From the human T2T-CHM13v2.0 reference genome, Homo sapiens: a DNA stretch of 64,000 bases. A model generated the notes under the pieces. It was not told the DNA's origin and did not search any database. It saw nothing but the letters and a program-made list of their open reading frames with translations. The DNA is taken from assembly GCF_009914755.1 (NCBI RefSeq), contig NC_060937.1; one strand, given 5' to 3'. The translations under genes were made by a program, and so were the position numbers. Position 1 is the first letter of the stretch. Each line of letters begins with the position of its first letter. Positions 59,001-64,000 of this stretch are shown one piece after another.

Positions 59001-62000
59001 AATAAAGTAGGAGCTAGCATAACTAATAATAGACCAATAATATTTTTAAAAAATCAATCAATTCTAACTAACCAGACTTTCTAGTTGAAGATCCAGGATA
59101 CACACAGTTATTAGGATTATGTTTTGCAAAACAGATGAAACTCTATGTGGAAATTGGAGACTAGGATAGATGGGTTCCACTAATGACCTTGGTGAGAAAA
59201 AACAATCAGCAGAATCATTGATCCATAAAACATGCTGCAAGGTAGCCTAAAGGAGATCTTTGAAAAAAGAAAATGAGCACAAAATAAAGAGGCACAGAAT
59301 TACAGAAGCAACTGGGTGAAAGCCATTTTGAGAAGTTTTGAATTGATTTTTATTTTTACTTTCAAAGACATCGTGATGAACATTTTTAAAAATACATTGT
59401 GCAATTATTCCTTTAACATCAAAAGGAAAGAAAACAAATGGGATAGGTGCTGACTGAAAAAGCAATTCTACCTGTATCACCAAATAAACCATACATAGTA
59501 TACTTTTATATTAACAAGTGTTATATCAAAGACTATATAAATAGCAATATGCTTTCTTTGTTATTGTGTCAAATAAATATTAATGGTCATGAAGCAATCT
59601 GTTAGGAAGGTTGTTAGTATTCATGATGTAAAAATTTACTAATTTTTAAGTGATATCCATTTCCTAAGAAATATCTTTTTCCTAAAAAAGATAGTAATTT
59701 CAGAAGAGTGGCAAAGTGACAGTGGGCTGAAGAAAACATGTAACTGTGTATTGCACAAAAGGAAAATATTCGATCCATTCTGTACCCATAATACAATTGT
59801 AATTCTACTACCCATAAGCAGAGTTTTCAGTAAGCCTACAATAATGTTGACATTTCTGTCTGGGAATGGTTTCATTTCTAATGGCACAAGTAAATGTTTC
59901 AGCCAAAAGAGCACACCACCATTCTTTAATCAGATATCTATGCCTTTTAGTTGAGTAGTGAAGTCCAATGATCTAGAAGTAGTTTCAGTAAATGCTGAAA
60001 TAGTCTTCCACGGAAAGGTCCAGCCAAATTATGTGTTTCAACACTGTGATGAGCTCATTCTTAGATAAATCTCTCTCACTAGGCTTTCAGTTTTAGGCAG
60101 TACTGAAATTCCTTTATCGCAAAAGAGCTATGAAATAAATACTTTATAATTGCATAATTGCAAGATTTTAGAAGGCATTTAAGAAAAAATGATATAGTCT
60201 AGAAAAGCAATTTTGAACAAAGAAATTATGTGAGCAGATAAGCAACAAGAGGATATATCCAAGTACAAAGTACAAACTAATTTTAATTTCAAACAACAAA
60301 AAAGAAAATGATTTTTAAGAATATTTTATTTTAAACTGATTTCATAATTATATAAAAATTACATGAAAAATAGTACAAATAGTTATTTTATATTCCTCAC
60401 TCTGCTACACAGCAGGCAAAAGTTTTGAGGAGAAAACAGGGCTTAGATATTCTCAGTAGCTCGCCCAAGATATTTATCAACTACAAAGGGAGAAGGGAAA
60501 AATAGTAACTTTACAATGGAGAAACATAATAGACACCAACTAAACCAACTGATTAAGGTAAACATCTAACAAAATTTTCATCACCAGTGTGTCAAAAGAA
60601 AATCTTGTTTTCAACAAAAAGAAGATCTATCACCAAATGTCCACAACACACCCTTTGGGTATTATATAATGAGAGTCTTATCATAGTTTAGTAATAAATT
60701 AGACATCAAGAAACCAAAAAGAAGCTATTTAACAGATTTGACTGTACTTAGAAATGTGTTTATGTGGGTCTTCATAGAGTTTTCAAGATTAGTATATTTT
60801 AACTAAATCAGGTGATTTTTTTTCTTCTTTTTCTTTCTCTATTTTTTTTTTTTTGTCTTTTCAAAACCTGGAAAATCTGGATACGCTAGCTTTGCATTCC
60901 CTCCTGGTGACTGCCACTTTTAGACAGAGAGAAGTCTGCAATGAGTCCTAATCCCCACCACTTCTATTGACTCATTTCTTAGCCATTTTACTTGTTACCT
61001 GTCTGGTTACATGGATGTAACCCGATCTGTGGGTTAAGCCTGTGTGCCCAGATATGTACTACTATGCCACTTTGGAACCCCTCCCACTTTCTGGTCTGTG
61101 TGACCATCGTTTTTTTTTTCTTTTGAGCTTACAGAAAAAATAAGAGAGGAAATATAACTTAACACTTACCTCTGAGATGATATAATTAGAATGAGATTGT
61201 AAAAAAACTATTAACTTTGTATTGATGTATCTATGTATTGTTTGGCATGTTAAAATGAATATGCATTATCTTTAATTCAAAGGGAAGTCTCATAACAAGG
61301 ATACTATTAAAGACTAAAATAAAGACAGAAAAGGAGAGAGAGAAAAAGAAAAAAAAAAGAGAAAGAATTAAGTTGTCACTCTGATTGAGAATCATGGTCA
61401 CATGCATCCTACCAGGATCAAATGTGGGAAAGAATTTCACATAAATGAGTCTAGTTTTGTCTAATGTAAGTCATATAGTTAATATTAAAAACTCTTAACA
61501 GGTAGCACATCTGGGAAAAGGGAAAATGCTGTAATTTGAGGACACTAAATTCTTTCCCTTAAAGTGTTAAGAATTTATTGGTAGAATAAGAACAATTTTT
61601 ACAGAAGTTAAATATGAAATAAAAATAAGCAAATAAATAGCATAGTTTAAATACGAGTGGCTATAATTTTCTAAATAATGTAATAGACATGTTTAGTACT
61701 TAAAAGTTATTTTTTAAGTTTACTAATTCAACTACGTTCACAACCTATTTAGGAAATAAGCAAGTAAGTGTCATCACTCTCGTATTTCAGATGAAAAAGA
61801 AAACCAGATAAAGATGCTCAGAAGGCAGTATAACCAACCATGTTTATACCAGGCTAGAAATAGAAGCAAAATTATCTGATTTCTCCCTAGACCACAGGAC
61901 CTTTTACTATAATGTGATGTCTTAGAAACTTTTGAAAATGGTCAGATAGTGGAGTATTTAGTTTCATTTTTACAAGATTGAGACAGATTCTTAAAAAATT

Positions 62001-62049
62001 GATATTTGAACTCTAATTTAAGTGGAGGCCTATTAAGTTATCTTTAGAA

Positions 62050-62245
62050 CATTTTCTCCTAATAGTTATCTGGCATTAGTCAGCCTCATTAGGATCTCCT
62101 GGGGTTGATACAGCCTCAGATTTGCAGTTGACAAAATACAGATTTTTTTGTCCCTGTCCCATAACTGAATTAGTAGTTCTGGGGTTAGCATTAAAAAATG
62201 TGGATCTATAAAAAAACTTTCTAAGATTAAGGAACTTCTGACGTT
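62050..62245. mobile_element. MER5A-like hAT DNA transposon
   Basis: cattaggatctcctgggg..aaaatacagat..actgaattagtagttctgggg. Confidence 0.55.
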
Positions 62246-63289
62246 TAAACAAATGTGGGAACTGCCAGCTTGCTAAAACGAAAAGGAGAGAAGAGATAAT
62301 TCATGTATATTGAAAATGTGAGAAAAAATAAGAATTTTGAATGGGTTTTGTTGTAAAAGGAGACCAATGTGCAGACAAACTTGGCTTGAATGAAGAGTAT
62401 AGGACTTTAATCTGGACAAGGTTAAATGCATGGATTTTAAAGTTGCTGTCAACTGGGCTCCATCTGGCCATGATTGTGCTGCTCTGAGAGTAGATTTTCT
62501 TTACTCTCAAGGTCAGCGTCAATGTAGTCTTAAAACATCAACGGGAGTAAATTTGATTCTGCAGTAGCCTGGGGCTATTGCTTGTATTTTCTGTAGTTCT
62601 ATGCCTGCATCTATTCCCAAATGCCCATTCAAATAATCATTCACATCATATATTAATAACAAAACTTGCAAGGTTAGACACAAAGTTTTCAACAAAAGTG
62701 CCCTGAGAAAAATAAATCCTAAATTTAATCTGTGAACTTTGGAATAATCAAAACTCTTTAATCAGTGGTTAATATTTACCTTGCGTTGTTTTAGGGCAAA
62801 CAGTTTTGCAAAGTGGAGGGGCAGCTGAAGGAAGAATGTAATAAAAATCTTGTCAAACAAGAAAAATATTTAATAGGCCCCACGAATTATAATGCATGTT
62901 TGCACTAGTGTTAAATAGGAAAATTTAAAAAAAAATTCATTGGTGAGAGAATTTAGAAAAAAAAGATTTGAAAATATTTGAGGAATAAATGTAGAAGTAG
63001 ATAACTAGAGAAATGTCAAGAATGTCACTGAATTTAGTTTTCTAACAAAGTCATATTAGATATTATTTTAGTCAGATGCTCTTCTTTTAAAACAAGGGAG
63101 GCCCAGAGAATAAACTTATTTTAGGAAATATTGATTAGTTTACTTTTCAATATGTTAAAAAGTTTAAGGTGAACAGAAAGCTAGATGGAAATTGGAATGG
63201 TTTAAAGACGTGAATGTTCAAAAGTTGACTGTTAAGAAGTGGTTATGCATAAAAGTCAGACCTGGAAAGGACAAAAGTGGTTGTTGATA

Positions 63290-63950
63290 TTTTACATTAA
63301 ATTCTGCAGTGGTTTTAAAACATTGCCCCAGAAGTCTTTTGGTATTCTCCCATTGAGAGGCCATTTTGAATTTGGGCTGACCTGTGACTGCTTTGACCAA
63401 TAGATTACAGCAGAAGTGACTGCCAACACCAGCTCATTCTTTTAGGATGCTTTCTCTGAAAGATCTCTAAAAAATCATAGCCACCAGGCTGTGAGAAGCT
63501 AAAACCATATGAAGAATCTATGTTTTGGCTCTCTGGTCATCAGTAGCTGCTGAACACATCCTATAGCCTCTCAAGCCCAGGTCCAGACATATAAGTAACA
63601 AAGACATCTCAGAGGTGGATCCCCCAGCCTCAGCTCTTCTACCTCTTTCCTTTTGAGTATTTTCAGCTGTGATGTTCTTTCTAAATTCATGGAACACAGA
63701 ATCCATGACCTTAATAAAAAAAATAAAAATAAAAATAAAAAACTTTAGGACTCTGTATTATATAGTAATAGTAATAGGAAAGCCTCTGTTAATCATGCCA
63801 ATCATTCAGATCTTTCCAACTGAAGCCTCAGACAAATGAAACAGACAGGAGTCATAGTGCTATGTCCTGCCAAAATTCCTGATCCACAGAATCCACAAGC
63901 ATTACAAAACATTTTTATTCCACTAAATTGAGCAGTAATAACTAAAGCAT
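63290..63950 (+). mobile_element. MLT1 (H-like) LTR fragments
   Basis: gtgactgctttgaccaatagattacagcagaagtgac..ctgtgagaagc..aaattcctgatccacagaatcc. Confidence 0.75.
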
Positions 63951-64000
63951 ATAGCCTTTACAAACGTGATGAAATTCATGGATGTCTTCCCAACAGTGCA

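Larger units (their letters stand above)
58652..62600 (-). mobile_element. DIRS-like retrotransposon relic, unit 7
   Basis: RT AI.P..IYSR ~62585-62540, NFKIHAF and QIKVL..SLSAHWSPFTTK in ORF 62301-62522; RH FFP...GRMHV..QSDN in ORF 61231-61440; MT W.....W..LLKL ~60025-59985; YR VELL...PIP and FDVKG in ORF 59247-59492, QNFSKWL 59340-59320, H.FAKHN 59137-59116; ICR-like motif 58652-58671. Confidence 0.72.

Overview
Primate (human-like) AT-rich, repeat-dense genomic DNA with no supportable host protein-coding gene. Readily recognisable repeats include L1 (a 5'-inverted L1PA, a long L1M, L1PA and L1MA 3' ends), Alu, MIR, L2, L3/CR1, THE1/MST/MLT1 MaLR LTRs, ERV1/ERVL LTRs and a small hAT element. 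The main result concerns the apparently unique DNA between them. Translated by hand on the minus strand, it repeatedly gives decayed motifs of DIRS-type (tyrosine-recombinase) retrotransposons in canonical order: gag, RT, RNase H, methyltransferase-like domain, tyrosine recombinase (YR), then a terminal/ICR-like GGTAAGTAA motif. About seven copies lie head-to-tail on one strand across the window, interrupted by L2, MIR, L3 and younger elements, which suggests a fossil pre-eutherian DIRS array. Not every unit shows every domain. The matches were made by eye against remembered DIRS consensus motifs, often across stops and frameshifts, and need profile-HMM confirmation. Repeat subfamily names are from memory and boundaries are approximate unless a TSD is given.
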